From Candidatus Latescibacterota bacterium (GTDB taxonomy: Bacteria; Latescibacterota; UBA2968), in NCBI GenBank assembly GCA_965242535.1, contig OZ251458.1, positions 926,399-990,398 of the forward strand: DNA of 64,000 nucleotides, in the 5' to 3' direction. Below the pieces are notes generated by a model that was not told the origin of the DNA, searched no databases, and was given only the letters and a program-made list of their open reading frames with translations. A program made the position numbers and the translations under genes. Each line of letters begins with the position of its first letter. The first letter of the stretch is position 1. Shown here one piece after another: positions 48,533 to 58,490 of the stretch.

Positions 48533-49294
48533 TTACACCGCCATGCCATTGGGCATGAAAATTTCGTGGCGTTTGGGATCGGAATAGCCTTTGATCTCCG
48601 TGTGAACCACGCCCGGGCTTTCTATCGCGGCTTTGACGATGTGCTTGTTAAACGTGCTGACGCTGTCGCTGGACAGGTATTCCGAGATGGGCAGCCAGAG
48701 GCATTCTTCGATCTCGTCGGCTTGGATGGCGATGTCTTCGCTCAAGGGCGAGAGGCGGCAGACAAAATAGATGTCCGATTTGTCGTAGCGGTACCCGTGC
48801 CAGTGCCGGAAGCAGACCAGTTTTTCAAATTTGGTTCGCACGCCGGTCTCTTCAAACACCTCGCGTTGCACGCAATCCGCGATGTGTTCGCCGGGGTGCA
48901 GCGCGCCGCCGGGCAATTTGTAATGGGGCGATTCGGATCGGCGGTGCAATTCGCTGACGACGAGCAACTCGTCGCGGCTGTTGATCGCGACCCCGCCCGC
49001 GCCGATGTAATGCGTGGCGTATTCGGGAATGAGCGCGTCTGCTTCGAGGCGTTTGGTGAGCAACAGATAATCCGCGCCCGAATGGTGAAACGAAAACCCC
49101 GCTCGCGTTGCAACGGGGATGAGTTCGGCGCGTTCGATGGGAATGGAGATCCAAACGACCTTAAAGGCTTCGCGTTTCCATTCCCGCAAAGACGCGGCCA
49201 AGCGCGTGCGGAACTCATCCGGATCGCGCGGCAGGGCGGCCGAGTCGAGTTCGATGCCTTGAAAGCGGTTCGGCGTGGCTTCGAGTATTTGCAT
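48533..49294 (-). CDS. Nudix hydrolase with N-terminal accessory domain
   Basis: Nudix box GGALHPGEHIADCVQREVFEETGV. Confidence 0.8.
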   Translation of the reverse strand: MQILEATPNRFQGIELDSAALPRDPDEFRTRLAASLREWKREAFKVVWISIPIERAELIPVATRAGFSFHHSGADYLLLTKRLEADALIPEYATHYIGAGGVAINSRDELLVVSELHRRSESPHYKLPGGALHPGEHIADCVQREVFEETGVRTKFEKLVCFRHWHGYRYDKSDIYFVCRLSPLSEDIAIQADEIEECLWLPISEYLSSDSVSTFNKHIVKAAIESPGVVHTEIKGYSDPKRHEIFMPNGMAV

Positions 49295-49489
49295 GCATCA
49301 CCTCAGTTGATCGATGGGAGTTGCGAAACGCCCCAAAATAAAAATTATCATCCGGATAGACAAGGGCTTTGCGATGGGCGGTTCTGCTTGACAGCGGTCA
49401 TGGAGAGGATGATATTCAGTCGTCAGACCACCAGGCACCATCCATTGTAAATCCTGCTGTGATGATGCCCGGCACCATCCATTGTCCAT

Positions 49490-49516
49490 TGTAGGGACAG
49501 GCCCCCGTGCCTGTCC
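49490..49516. repeat. REP-like hairpin GTAGGGACAGGCCCCCGTGCCTGTCC with a flanking CCATTGT duplication
   Basis: Canonical family sequence, about 60 nt upstream of small coiled-coil gene 2. Confidence 0.85.
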
Positions 49517-49573
49517 TCATACCCAGTCGTCAGTGGTCTAATCTCCACAACCCCTTATCCAAAAGGAGACCCC

Positions 49574-49825
49574 ATGCCCATTCCCATCATTGACCCGTCC
49601 CAAGCCACGACCAACGAGAGGTTGGCAAGGTTTGATGCGATTGTTGAACAACTGGCACAAACGCTTGTGCGCGTTGAAGATCGCCTTACGAATCTTGAAG
49701 ACCGCATCGCAAGGGTTGAAGACCACATGAATAAATCGTTCCGTTGGCTCGTCGGCATCCTCTTCACGATCCTGATTGCCATTTTGGGCGCGACAGTGAC
49801 CATTTTGTTGAACATGCCCAAGTGA
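49574..49825 (+). CDS. Small coiled-coil protein with C-terminal TM anchor (paralogue 2)
   Basis: RLTNLEDRIARVEDHMNKSFRWLVGILFTILIAILG. AAAGGAGAC ribosome-binding site. Confidence 0.6.
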   Translation: MPIPIIDPSQATTNERLARFDAIVEQLAQTLVRVEDRLTNLEDRIARVEDHMNKSFRWLVGILFTILIAILGATVTILLNMPK

Positions 49826-49901
49826 CGCGCGCGCTCCGCTGAAGCATGGGCGAGGGCTGAAAGCGAATTTCCATATTGATTACAAACTTGACGGAGCAAA
49901 T

Positions 49902-51095
49902 ATGTCGTCTATTCTCGAACAGTTGGGCGTGCGGCCCATCATCAATGCCGCGGGGCCGGTCACGCGCTTGAGCGGCGCGCGCATGGACGCAGATGTGATC
50001 GACGCCATGCGCGAGGCCGCGCGGGTTTGCGTGGATATCGCGCAGATGCAGGCCGCGGCGGGGCAATTGATCGCCGACATCACAGGGGCCGAGTGCGGGT
50101 ATGTGACATCGGGCGCGGCGGCCGGGCTGATGCTCGCAACGGCGGCATGCGTTACGGAGATGGACCCCGGCAAGATGAATCGATTGCCCGATACCTCGGG
50201 GATGAAAAATGAGGTGATCATGCCCCGGTCGCATCGCAACTTTTACGATCACGCGGTGCGCTCCGTGGGCATCACACTCGTGGAAGTGGGCATTCCCGAC
50301 CGGTTTAGCGGCGCGGGCGTGCGCGATACAGAGGCGTGGGAAATCGCCGATGCAATAACCGATCAGACCGCGGCGATAGTCTATGTCGCGCAATCCTTCG
50401 CGCAACCGCCTTTGTCGCAAGTGACCGCGGTGGCGCGCGATTCTGCGATACCGGTCATCGTCGACGCGGCGGGTCAGTTGCCCCCCGCGGCGAATTTGCA
50501 GGCGTTTATCCGCGAGGGCGCCGATGCGGTGTGTTTCAGCGGCGGGAAAGCCGTTGGCGGGCCCCAGGGCACGGGTATTTTGTGCGGTCGCTACGAGCTG
50601 ATTACCGCAGTGGCATTGCAGCATTTAGACATGGATGTGCATTTTGACCTGTGGACGCCCCCGCCCTCGCTGATCCACAAAGCCATCCTGCCGGGCGCGC
50701 CGCAACACGGGATTGGGCGACCGTGCAAAGTGGGGAAAGAGCAGATCGCGGGCCTCATGGTCGCGCTGAAAAAATTCGTTGCCGAAAGCGACGAGACGCG
50801 ACACGCCCGCTGGTCGCAATGCTTGGAGCACTTGGCGGACGCCATTAGCGATTTGCCGAACTGCGATATCCGCATCGACCACCAGCGCGCCATCCCGGTT
50901 CTCCATATCGCACTCGCGCAAGCGGACAAAGGACTGGATTTGGCGCGGCAACTGATGGAAGGCGATCCGAGCATCCACGTCGGCACATCGGGCATTTACG
51001 ACGGCATCCTGACCTTCAATCCCGCGTGTCTGTCTGACGACCAGATCCAACCGATGGCGGAGCGATTGAGGGAAGCGGTAAGAGGTAGCGGTTAA
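49902..51095 (+). CDS. SelA-like PLP-dependent enzyme (L-seryl-tRNA(Sec) selenium transferase fold; DgaE-like)
   Basis: FSGGKAVGGPQGTGIL PLP-lysine block homologous to SelA FSGDKLLGGPQ. Confidence 0.6.
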   Translation: MSSILEQLGVRPIINAAGPVTRLSGARMDADVIDAMREAARVCVDIAQMQAAAGQLIADITGAECGYVTSGAAAGLMLATAACVTEMDPGKMNRLPDTSGMKNEVIMPRSHRNFYDHAVRSVGITLVEVGIPDRFSGAGVRDTEAWEIADAITDQTAAIVYVAQSFAQPPLSQVTAVARDSAIPVIVDAAGQLPPAANLQAFIREGADAVCFSGGKAVGGPQGTGILCGRYELITAVALQHLDMDVHFDLWTPPPSLIHKAILPGAPQHGIGRPCKVGKEQIAGLMVALKKFVAESDETRHARWSQCLEHLADAISDLPNCDIRIDHQRAIPVLHIALAQADKGLDLARQLMEGDPSIHVGTSGIYDGILTFNPACLSDDQIQPMAERLREAVRGSG

Positions 51096-51102
51096 TACTT
51101 AG

Positions 51103-51450
51103 TAAATTAAATGATACCAAATTTTGATCCGTACCAATCCGCACCTGCATGGCTCGCTTTTCTAAAACGTTTGGTCCTAAAAGCATCGTGGGTTGCCTTC
51201 GATGCCTTCGGCGACCTACTTTTTTTCAACAGCAAAAAAAAGTAGGCAAAAAATGCCGCTCTCAAACGCCGAGGGGCTTGCACAGCGCAAAGCGCTTTTG
51301 TAATAGAACGACATGCGCCAGCCTGCCAAGGGGGTTGCAAAAGAGAGGTGGGTTGCGAGACGGACTTACGCGCTGTGCCTGATGGATTTCGGTGATGGGC
51401 TTTTGGGATGGCACGGTTGGCGATGGCTTATTTAATTTATGTAGTAGTTA
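51103..51450 (-). repeat. MITE-like repeat copy C (reverse orientation)
   Basis: Contains the GTTGCCTTCGATGCCTTCGGCGACCTACTTTTTTT...AAAAAAAAGTAGG hairpin module and the AAATTAAAT terminus. Confidence 0.8.
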
Positions 51451-51617
51451 GTCCTCGCCTAGATCAAAAATCGAACTGGGGTCAGCGTGTCCGCTGACCG
51501 ATGTCTGCCCGAAGGCAATATAGCGGTTGCATCTGATTCCCTTTTTCGTGGCCTGTACCCGCCTGAAGATACGAGACAGATCGGAGGATGGAAGGATTTT
51601 GAGGAAGGAGGCATACC

Positions 51618-52298
51618 ATGGGCGTTATCACCATTTCGCGGGAATACGGCAGTGACGGGCGCACGGTTGCAAAGCGCGTTGCCGAGGCCCTGTCTTACCA
51701 CAATATCGACAAGGAATTGCTCGTGGAGGTCGCGCAAAAAGCCCAAGTGCCCATCTCGGAAGTCGAACGCTATGACGAACAACCCGAACATCCCGCGCTG
51801 CGAATTTTGCGTAAATTCCTCACCCCCGGATACGCCGACACGTTGACGGGCTTGGCGGAATACGAATGGTGGGCAACGGCGACTGTGCCCGAATTGTCGG
51901 AACACGAGGATCAAGCCCTGACGACGATGGACGAAGAGGTCTATGCGAAATTGACCGCAGAGGTGGCCGAGCAGTTGGCGGATCAAGGCGACGTGGTTTT
52001 GCTCGGCAGAGGGGGGCAGGCCGTATTGCGCGGCCGGATAGATACGCTGCATGTGCGCGTGGTGGGCACGCGAGATTTTAAGCTCGAGGTGGTAAAAGCG
52101 CGCGATCAATTGACCCGAGACGAGGACGCGATTCGGCGCATGCGCGAGGTGGACGACCGCCGCAAAACGTATATCAAACGCCACTACAAGGTGGAATGGG
52201 ACGATCCAAACCTGTACCATCTCATGGTCAATACCGGCTTGCTCGGCGTTGATGGCGCCGTAGATGCTATCGTCTGCGCGGCGCGCAAAGTGCTTTGA
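51618..52298 (+). CDS. Cytidylate kinase-like family protein
   Basis: MGVITISREYGSDGRTVAKRVAEAL N-terminus characteristic of the Cytidylate_kin2 family. Confidence 0.65.
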   Translation: MGVITISREYGSDGRTVAKRVAEALSYHNIDKELLVEVAQKAQVPISEVERYDEQPEHPALRILRKFLTPGYADTLTGLAEYEWWATATVPELSEHEDQALTTMDEEVYAKLTAEVAEQLADQGDVVLLGRGGQAVLRGRIDTLHVRVVGTRDFKLEVVKARDQLTRDEDAIRRMREVDDRRKTYIKRHYKVEWDDPNLYHLMVNTGLLGVDGAVDAIVCAARKVL

Positions 52299-52299
52299 G

Positions 52300-52640
52300 G
52301 GAGGCGGGGAGACGGGAGAGGGGAGACGGGAGAGGCGAAAGGCGAAAGGCGAAAGGCGAAAGGCAAAAGGCGAAAGGCGAGAGGCGAGAGGCGAGAGGCG
52401 AGAGAAGCAATCGCAATCGTAGGGACAGGCCCCCGTGCCTGTCCGAAGATACAAGATGGGAGACGGGAGTTTAGCCACAAAAGGCACAAAAGGCACAAAA
52501 GGCACAAAAGGCACAAGCGAGGTACAACTGGCACCGCCAGTTCAAAGGCACGAGCGGGGTACAACTGACGACAGCCGTTCATCGTAGGGACAGGCCCCCG
52601 TGCCTGTCCGAAGATACAAAGGGAGACGGGAGACGGGTAG
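52300..52640. repeat. Repeat-filled convergent intergenic region: (GGGAGAC)n, (GGCGARA)x11, REP hairpin, (GGCACAAAA)x4, second REP hairpin plus GAAGATACAAAGGGAGACGGGAGACGGG
   Basis: Read directly. The hairpins are at 52419-52445 and 52584-52609. Confidence 0.9.
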
Positions 52641-52670
52641 TGGTCGGGTAAAAACAAACGACTCTTGCCC

Positions 52671-54083
52671 TCACAATCCCATTTCGATATACGCCTGCGC
52701 GATTTTTTCGATGGCGATCACAAAAGCAGCCGTGCGTAAATCCGGCACATTGTCGCGCGAGTTGCGAATTTCGCGCAGGGTTTGATAGGCGATGCTCATC
52801 GTATCTTCGAGTCCCGAACGCACCAAATCCAATTCGTCCGCGCCGTAAGAGAGTTTTGACCTGAGATGGTCGGGAACGGGTTTGCCGACCATTTCCTCTA
52901 TGGCTTCGATGATTTGCACGCCGCGATGCGTCTCGAACCGCCTGTCGAGCCGCCCAAAACGGATGTGGGAGAGGTTCTTGATCCATTCAAAATACGAAAC
53001 CGTGACGCCGCCCGCATTGAGGTACGTGTCGGGGATGACGATCTTGCCGGCGCGTCGCAACACGTCATCCGCTTCAAATGTGATCGGACCATTGGCGGCT
53101 TCGGCAATGACCGGGGCTTTGATACGCCGTGCATTTTCGAGCGTGATCTGCCCCTCGACCGCGGCGGGAATCAGCACATCGCATTCCGCTTCGAGCGTGC
53201 GTTTGCCCTCCGAGACATAAGTCGCGCCCGGAAAGTCTTTTGCGGACCCGCGTTCTGCGCGGTACGCGGCGACATCTTCAATGCAGAATCCCCTCTCGCA
53301 CAAGACGGCACCATCGCGTTCGATAATGCCGACGATGCGCGCCCCGCTTTCTTCCTCCAAAAATTTCGCCGCGTGAAAGCCCACATTGCCCAAGCCCTGC
53401 ACGATGACGCGCTTGCCCTCCAAATCGCCTTCCAATCCCGCGTCTTTGACGTCTTGCGGGTGATTGAAAAATTCTTTGATCCCGTAAAAAACCCCCCGCC
53501 CGGTCGCTTCGAGGCGCCCTTGAATCCCGCCTTGGGAAAAGGGTTTGCCCGTCGTGCAAGCGATGGCATCGATATCTTCGGGGTGCATGCTGCGATAGGT
53601 GTCGGCGATCCATGCCATTTCTCGGTCGCTGGTGCCCATGTCTGGCGCGGGAACATTGAGGGCCGGGTTGATGTATCCCTTTTTGATCAATTCCTGTGCA
53701 AATCGCCGGGTGATGCGCTCGAGGTCTTCCTCGTCGTATTCGCGCGGGTCGATGCACAAGCCGCCTTTAGATCCGCCAAAGGGCACATCGACAATGGCGC
53801 ATTTGTACGTCATGAGTGCCGCGAGGGCTTCCACGTCTTCTTGATTGACCGTAGGGGCAAAGCGGATGCCGCCCTTTACCGGCAGGCGATGCTCGCTGTG
53901 AACCGAGCGCCAACCCGTGAAAATCTGGTAGCTACCGTGGCATTTGACAAAAAAACGCACCATGTAAATGTTGTTGTTGGTCTTGATCTGGTCCGCCAAG
54001 CCGGGGGGCAAATCGAGCGTTGCCGCGGCCCGGTCAAACATGAGGTCGACGCTTTGCTTAAAGGTGTGTTCGTGTGCGGCCAT
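52671..54083 (-). CDS. gdhA: Glutamate dehydrogenase (Glu/Leu/Phe/Val dehydrogenase family)
   Basis: KGGIRF and PFGGSKGG motifs, GLGNVG Rossmann. GGAGGAAT ribosome-binding site. Confidence 0.9.
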   Translation of the reverse strand: MAAHEHTFKQSVDLMFDRAAATLDLPPGLADQIKTNNNIYMVRFFVKCHGSYQIFTGWRSVHSEHRLPVKGGIRFAPTVNQEDVEALAALMTYKCAIVDVPFGGSKGGLCIDPREYDEEDLERITRRFAQELIKKGYINPALNVPAPDMGTSDREMAWIADTYRSMHPEDIDAIACTTGKPFSQGGIQGRLEATGRGVFYGIKEFFNHPQDVKDAGLEGDLEGKRVIVQGLGNVGFHAAKFLEEESGARIVGIIERDGAVLCERGFCIEDVAAYRAERGSAKDFPGATYVSEGKRTLEAECDVLIPAAVEGQITLENARRIKAPVIAEAANGPITFEADDVLRRAGKIVIPDTYLNAGGVTVSYFEWIKNLSHIRFGRLDRRFETHRGVQIIEAIEEMVGKPVPDHLRSKLSYGADELDLVRSGLEDTMSIAYQTLREIRNSRDNVPDLRTAAFVIAIEKIAQAYIEMGL

Positions 54084-54222
54084 AAGGATTCCTCCTGATC
54101 TGGAAAGATGGCCCTGAAATACTTTTTGTGCCTCTATCCTCGAATGTCTCGATCATACCCAAACCTAATCGGATGGGGTAATATTGTCAACCGCCGTTAT
54201 TTTTTGCGATATTTTCGTCGAC

Positions 54223-57200
54223 CTACCATTCCTTCTTCCAAAACAACCCGACCGATTCTCGCGTGCGTCGGTTTTTTGTATCTTCGTCCAACTCATCCAC
54301 ATGGCCGGCCTCAAATGTCACGCCCGGCAGCACCTCAAACTCCATCGCCACTTCGTAAGCCGTGCTCGAAATGTCGCGTGCGTAACTCATAAAAAGCCGC
54401 TCGCCGATGTACTTGCCCAGCCGGACGCGCGAAATATTGCCCTCGCCCACATCGACTTCCACGAGATCCAGATTCAGTTTTTGCCCGAGGCGTTGTCCCA
54501 AGCGGTTGGCGGCAACGCCCAAAACGAGATCCAGCGTGCCCCCGCGGGAAAACTGAAACTGGCTGACCGACCTGCCCGTCAGCAACAGCGCGACCATATC
54601 CCCCATATCGCCTTCCAACTGCGGCTCGCTCGTGATCGCGACTTGCGGATGCACCAGCGTGCCGCCCACTGTCACAAAAATAGCGACCGGCTCGGCTGCC
54701 GCGCCTTCGGCGATCGCCGTGCGTACGCGCGTCTCGGCGCGGATATTCAGATCGGGATTCCCCCCGGGCCTGCCTTGAAACCGGATCTCGCCCCGCGTGA
54801 TCCGCAAGCGGCGGTTTTGCAAAATGTAGTTGCCCCTGCGGCTCGCCAGCGCGCCGTAAATACGCATGCCGTCGCGATCTTGGATCACATCCACATCGCC
54901 CGCGATTTCCACCTCAAAGGTCGGGTCGCGCACCCACACCTGCCGGTCGGCAGACACCTGCACCTGCATGGCTAAATTATTTAGAAACTCCGATTCGCCG
55001 CTCGGCATTTCGAGCAATTCCGCCAAGCGAATCTCGGCTTGTTTCACCGCGAGCTCGCCCGCGAGTTTCGCGCTTTTGAGCGTGCCTGTAAATCGCAAGT
55101 GCCCATCGGTCACCAGTTGGAGTTCGCGCCAGGCGATGGGTTCAAATGCGGTTAGGCGCGCCGATATGTCCCAACGGCTCGGATAAAACCCATCGAGCGT
55201 TATGTCGCCGGCTAGAGTTGCCGAAGGCCCGACCGCGAAGCTGTCGATCTGAATTTTGCCATCCCCAATCGCGGCGCGCCCAGAAACGGCCGCGTAGGCG
55301 CGATTGAGATCGGGCAGATCGATCGCGCCATCTTTCAGTTCGATCACCCCGCGAATATCGGGATCGTCAAAACGGCCGCGCGCGTCCAAGTCCAGCGACA
55401 GCATCCCCGAAATCCCCTCGGACGCATCGAAAAGCGCGTTCAAAGCCGTGTTGACCTCCAAGCCCTCGGACCGCTCTATCCCCGCCAATTTCGTTTTTTC
55501 ATCTGCGACATCCAAAAGCGTGCGGAGTGCGATCCCCTCCGACTGCGCGTGCAAGTGCATCTCCCCGGTCTGCGAGAGGGGAAAACGGCCCATCAGCTCC
55601 AGCGCCTCGTTTTCATTGGGCAAGACCCGCGCCTCCACGAGCAACCCGCCATGGCCATAAGACAGCTCGGCGGTGGCATCGCCAAATCGCACGCCCATGA
55701 CTTTCGCATTTGCAAGCGCGAAACTGCCAAAAACGAGCGGATCCGTCAGAGTACCGGCAAAAAGCACCTCGCCATCGAGAAGGCCCCCAGAACCGGAAAC
55801 GCCCGCCACAAACGCCCACGGGCGCAAATCCAAATTTTTCAACAGCACTTCCACAGTCGCCTGAAAATCCCGCTGATCCCGCGCGACGAGGCGGCCCGCC
55901 GGCCCGGAGAGCACCAACTGCCCGATTTGAACGCCTCGCACAGGCGAATACGCAAATCGGATCGGCCCCTCGTTGTTCAACTCCACCTCATCGACCTGAA
56001 TGTGCAGCGAATCCACCGCCACTTGAAAGCGATCATCGTCCCGTTGCACGCGCCCCCCAAAAAAGACTCGGTCGGTCGCCAGCGCGTCACTGCCCAACAA
56101 AAACGAGGTTTCGCCGCGCACGTGTACCGCGTCGAGAAATGCCGATTGCAACGCCCGTTCGCCCGAAATCAAATGATCGATTCGCAGCATCACCGCGCCC
56201 GAATCCAGGCGCGTCCATCGCGTATCGAGCGCGACATTTTGCATGGCAATGCCCGAAACGGAGAGGCTATCCGCCGCGCCTCGTGCGGAAAAACCGGGCG
56301 CGTCCAATGTTCCCGACAAATCGCCAGACAGCGACAGGGCACCGGACAACTCCATGCCGACCACCTCGCCGACTGTTGCCAACTGCGAGACATCCATCTG
56401 CCACGCGCCCGACAAATCCATCCCTTGCAAATCGGCGCGCCCCTCGGCGGACAACATCCCGGCATCGCCCGACAATGCCGCGCGAAATTCGGATACCCAG
56501 GTGGAATCGACCGCCGCGGACAGGCGAAGGCGATCCACCGCGGCATTGCCCGAAATCTCGCCCGACAACGCCAGGGACAACGCGCCGCCGACAATGCCAT
56601 CGACACGGCCCACAACCGTCAGGGAATCGCCCCACATATCCGTCCCCATCAAATCGGGCAGAGCGACCTCGGCGCGGAGCCTGCCCGCAACCGCGGGTTC
56701 GAGAGCGATCGACGCCTGTCCATCGCCCACAACGCGCGTTCCCCAATGCGGCAATCGCGCCGCGAAGTGATCGATCCAAACGCGCTGATCCGCGTATTTG
56801 GCCTCGAGGGTCGCGTCTCGCATGTCGCCATTTGGCATTTGCAATTTGTCCAACGCAATGCCCACGCGCCACGCCTCATCGCGCCCCAGGTCGATGTGCC
56901 CGGTCGCCCGTCCGATATTTTGCGGGATGCCGGGAAAGTGTCCAATGTGCAAATCGCGGAATCGCAGTGCCCAATCGCCGCGCCAATCGGCCCATCGCGC
57001 TCGCCCATCGCCATCTATCTCGCCGCTCGGCCCGGCCGCGGCGACCTGTGCATGGAACAGGCCATCTGTTGCATCGCCTGCAAAACGCACGGAATCAAAT
57101 CGCGCATCGCCCACGCGCACGCGCTGCAACACGCCCTCGACCTCGCCTTCTCGCACGCCCGAGGAATCGATTTCGATGCTGCCTCGCCCTTTCAGCTCAA

Positions 57201-58134
57201 ACCCGACCGCGTATTCCAATGGGACGCCCCACTTGGACAAATCGTCCACCGCGACATCGAAAACCGCGTCGCCGCACATGGCAAACGGCGACGCGCTCAA
57301 GATGCCATTCAATTTTATAGAATCGGATATCCCGCTTTTCACAACCGCTTCCGCGACGAGGGAATCCAGCCCGCCCTTCGCGCTGCCTCGCAACCGCACC
57401 GCGCGCTTTGGCATCTCGCCTGCCCCTCGGATATCCGCCAGCCAGAGGGAGTCTGCCTCTACGCCGATATCCAGCACAGGGTCGTCCAACTGCCGCACCG
57501 TGCCGCTGAGCAAAACGCGGGACTTGTGCGTGTGCAGCGCGATGTCGTCCAACTGCACCTGTCCCCCTTGCAATACCGCAACGCCGGACAAATTGGTCAC
57601 CTCCAGCGGCGGATCGAATTGCACGGAGCGAAACCGTTTCAAAACCGCACGATAGCCCCGTTCCTCGGCGACGAGCGCGCCGGAGAGTGCGATGTCCCGC
57701 ACATACGTGCTATCGACCGCGACATCGGCATCCGCGATCTCCAGCGAGTCGATGTGAATGTCCAAGGGCAGTTGGGCACCCCACCCCTCGTTCTGTTCGC
57801 CTGCGGTGCCGATCCGCACTTCAACTCCCGATATTTTCAGCCGATGCACAACCGCCCGCCCGATCGGCAGCACCCAAATATCGTACGCCACCTCGAGCGT
57901 ATCCACGCGCACCCAATCGCCGATTTGCACATCCACCGCACGCCAATCGCGCAGCGGATTGCCCTGAAACTCGCCGATCCGAGCGTCCTCCGCCAGTTGC
58001 CACACCAGAACGCGCTGCGCCGATCCGCGCAAAACGCCATTGGCATAGCCCCCCGCGATCAGCAGCAGCGTGACCAGCAGTACAATGGCTGTGCCGATGG
58101 CGATGTAGATCGATTTTTTGATTCTTGGCGTCAT
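54223..58134 (-). CDS. tamB: Translocation and assembly module subunit TamB-like (DUF490 C-terminus)
   Basis: 1303 aa, N-terminal TM anchor, long beta-rich repeats and a C-terminal RVRLGKYIGERLFMSY...FEVLPGVTFEAG DUF490-like block. Upstream of the Omp85 gene. Confidence 0.7.
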   Translation of the reverse strand: MTPRIKKSIYIAIGTAIVLLVTLLLIAGGYANGVLRGSAQRVLVWQLAEDARIGEFQGNPLRDWRAVDVQIGDWVRVDTLEVAYDIWVLPIGRAVVHRLKISGVEVRIGTAGEQNEGWGAQLPLDIHIDSLEIADADVAVDSTYVRDIALSGALVAEERGYRAVLKRFRSVQFDPPLEVTNLSGVAVLQGGQVQLDDIALHTHKSRVLLSGTVRQLDDPVLDIGVEADSLWLADIRGAGEMPKRAVRLRGSAKGGLDSLVAEAVVKSGISDSIKLNGILSASPFAMCGDAVFDVAVDDLSKWGVPLEYAVGFELKGRGSIEIDSSGVREGEVEGVLQRVRVGDARFDSVRFAGDATDGLFHAQVAAAGPSGEIDGDGRARWADWRGDWALRFRDLHIGHFPGIPQNIGRATGHIDLGRDEAWRVGIALDKLQMPNGDMRDATLEAKYADQRVWIDHFAARLPHWGTRVVGDGQASIALEPAVAGRLRAEVALPDLMGTDMWGDSLTVVGRVDGIVGGALSLALSGEISGNAAVDRLRLSAAVDSTWVSEFRAALSGDAGMLSAEGRADLQGMDLSGAWQMDVSQLATVGEVVGMELSGALSLSGDLSGTLDAPGFSARGAADSLSVSGIAMQNVALDTRWTRLDSGAVMLRIDHLISGERALQSAFLDAVHVRGETSFLLGSDALATDRVFFGGRVQRDDDRFQVAVDSLHIQVDEVELNNEGPIRFAYSPVRGVQIGQLVLSGPAGRLVARDQRDFQATVEVLLKNLDLRPWAFVAGVSGSGGLLDGEVLFAGTLTDPLVFGSFALANAKVMGVRFGDATAELSYGHGGLLVEARVLPNENEALELMGRFPLSQTGEMHLHAQSEGIALRTLLDVADEKTKLAGIERSEGLEVNTALNALFDASEGISGMLSLDLDARGRFDDPDIRGVIELKDGAIDLPDLNRAYAAVSGRAAIGDGKIQIDSFAVGPSATLAGDITLDGFYPSRWDISARLTAFEPIAWRELQLVTDGHLRFTGTLKSAKLAGELAVKQAEIRLAELLEMPSGESEFLNNLAMQVQVSADRQVWVRDPTFEVEIAGDVDVIQDRDGMRIYGALASRRGNYILQNRRLRITRGEIRFQGRPGGNPDLNIRAETRVRTAIAEGAAAEPVAIFVTVGGTLVHPQVAITSEPQLEGDMGDMVALLLTGRSVSQFQFSRGGTLDLVLGVAANRLGQRLGQKLNLDLVEVDVGEGNISRVRLGKYIGERLFMSYARDISSTAYEVAMEFEVLPGVTFEAGHVDELDEDTKNRRTRESVGLFWKKEW

Positions 58135-58166
58135 GCCAACTCCATCGTCCGTAGGGATAGGCCCTG

Positions 58167-58490
58167 TGCCATCTGTACCAACATCGGGATCGGTTTGCTG
58201 TTCCCTCGTCCTTCAGAGAATCCATCGCCAACCGTGCCCTCGCAAAAGTCCATCAATGAAAGCCATCGCGCACAGCGCGCAAGTCCGTCTCGCAACGCAC
58301 TTCTCTTTTGCAACCCACCTTGCAGGCCGACTCATGTCGTGCGATTACAAAAGCGCTTTGCGCTGTGCCTAGCCCCTCGGCGCATGAGAGCGGCATTTTT
58401 TGCTTACTTTTTGTTGCTGTTGACAAAAAGTAAGTCGCCGAAGGCATCGAAGGCAACCCACGATGCTGTAGGACCAAACTTTTTGGATCA
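58167..58490 (+). repeat. MITE-like repeat copy D (3'-truncated at the tamA stop)
   Basis: Begins with CCATCTGTACCAAC and contains the hairpin module CTTACTTTTTGTTGCTGTTGACAAAAAGTAAG. Confidence 0.75.

Noticed and set aside
51459-52514. 351-aa minus-strand ORF (MPFVPFVPFV...)
   Set aside because: Translation of the tandem heptamer/nonamer repeats and REP hairpins. It overlaps the cytidylate-kinase-like gene.
52330-52520. Possible CRISPR array (also considered for 2706-2772 and 9967-10039)
   Set aside because: Units are 7-21 bp direct tandem repeats with no unique spacers of 25-40 bp and no cas genes. They are microsatellite/REP-tail repeats.
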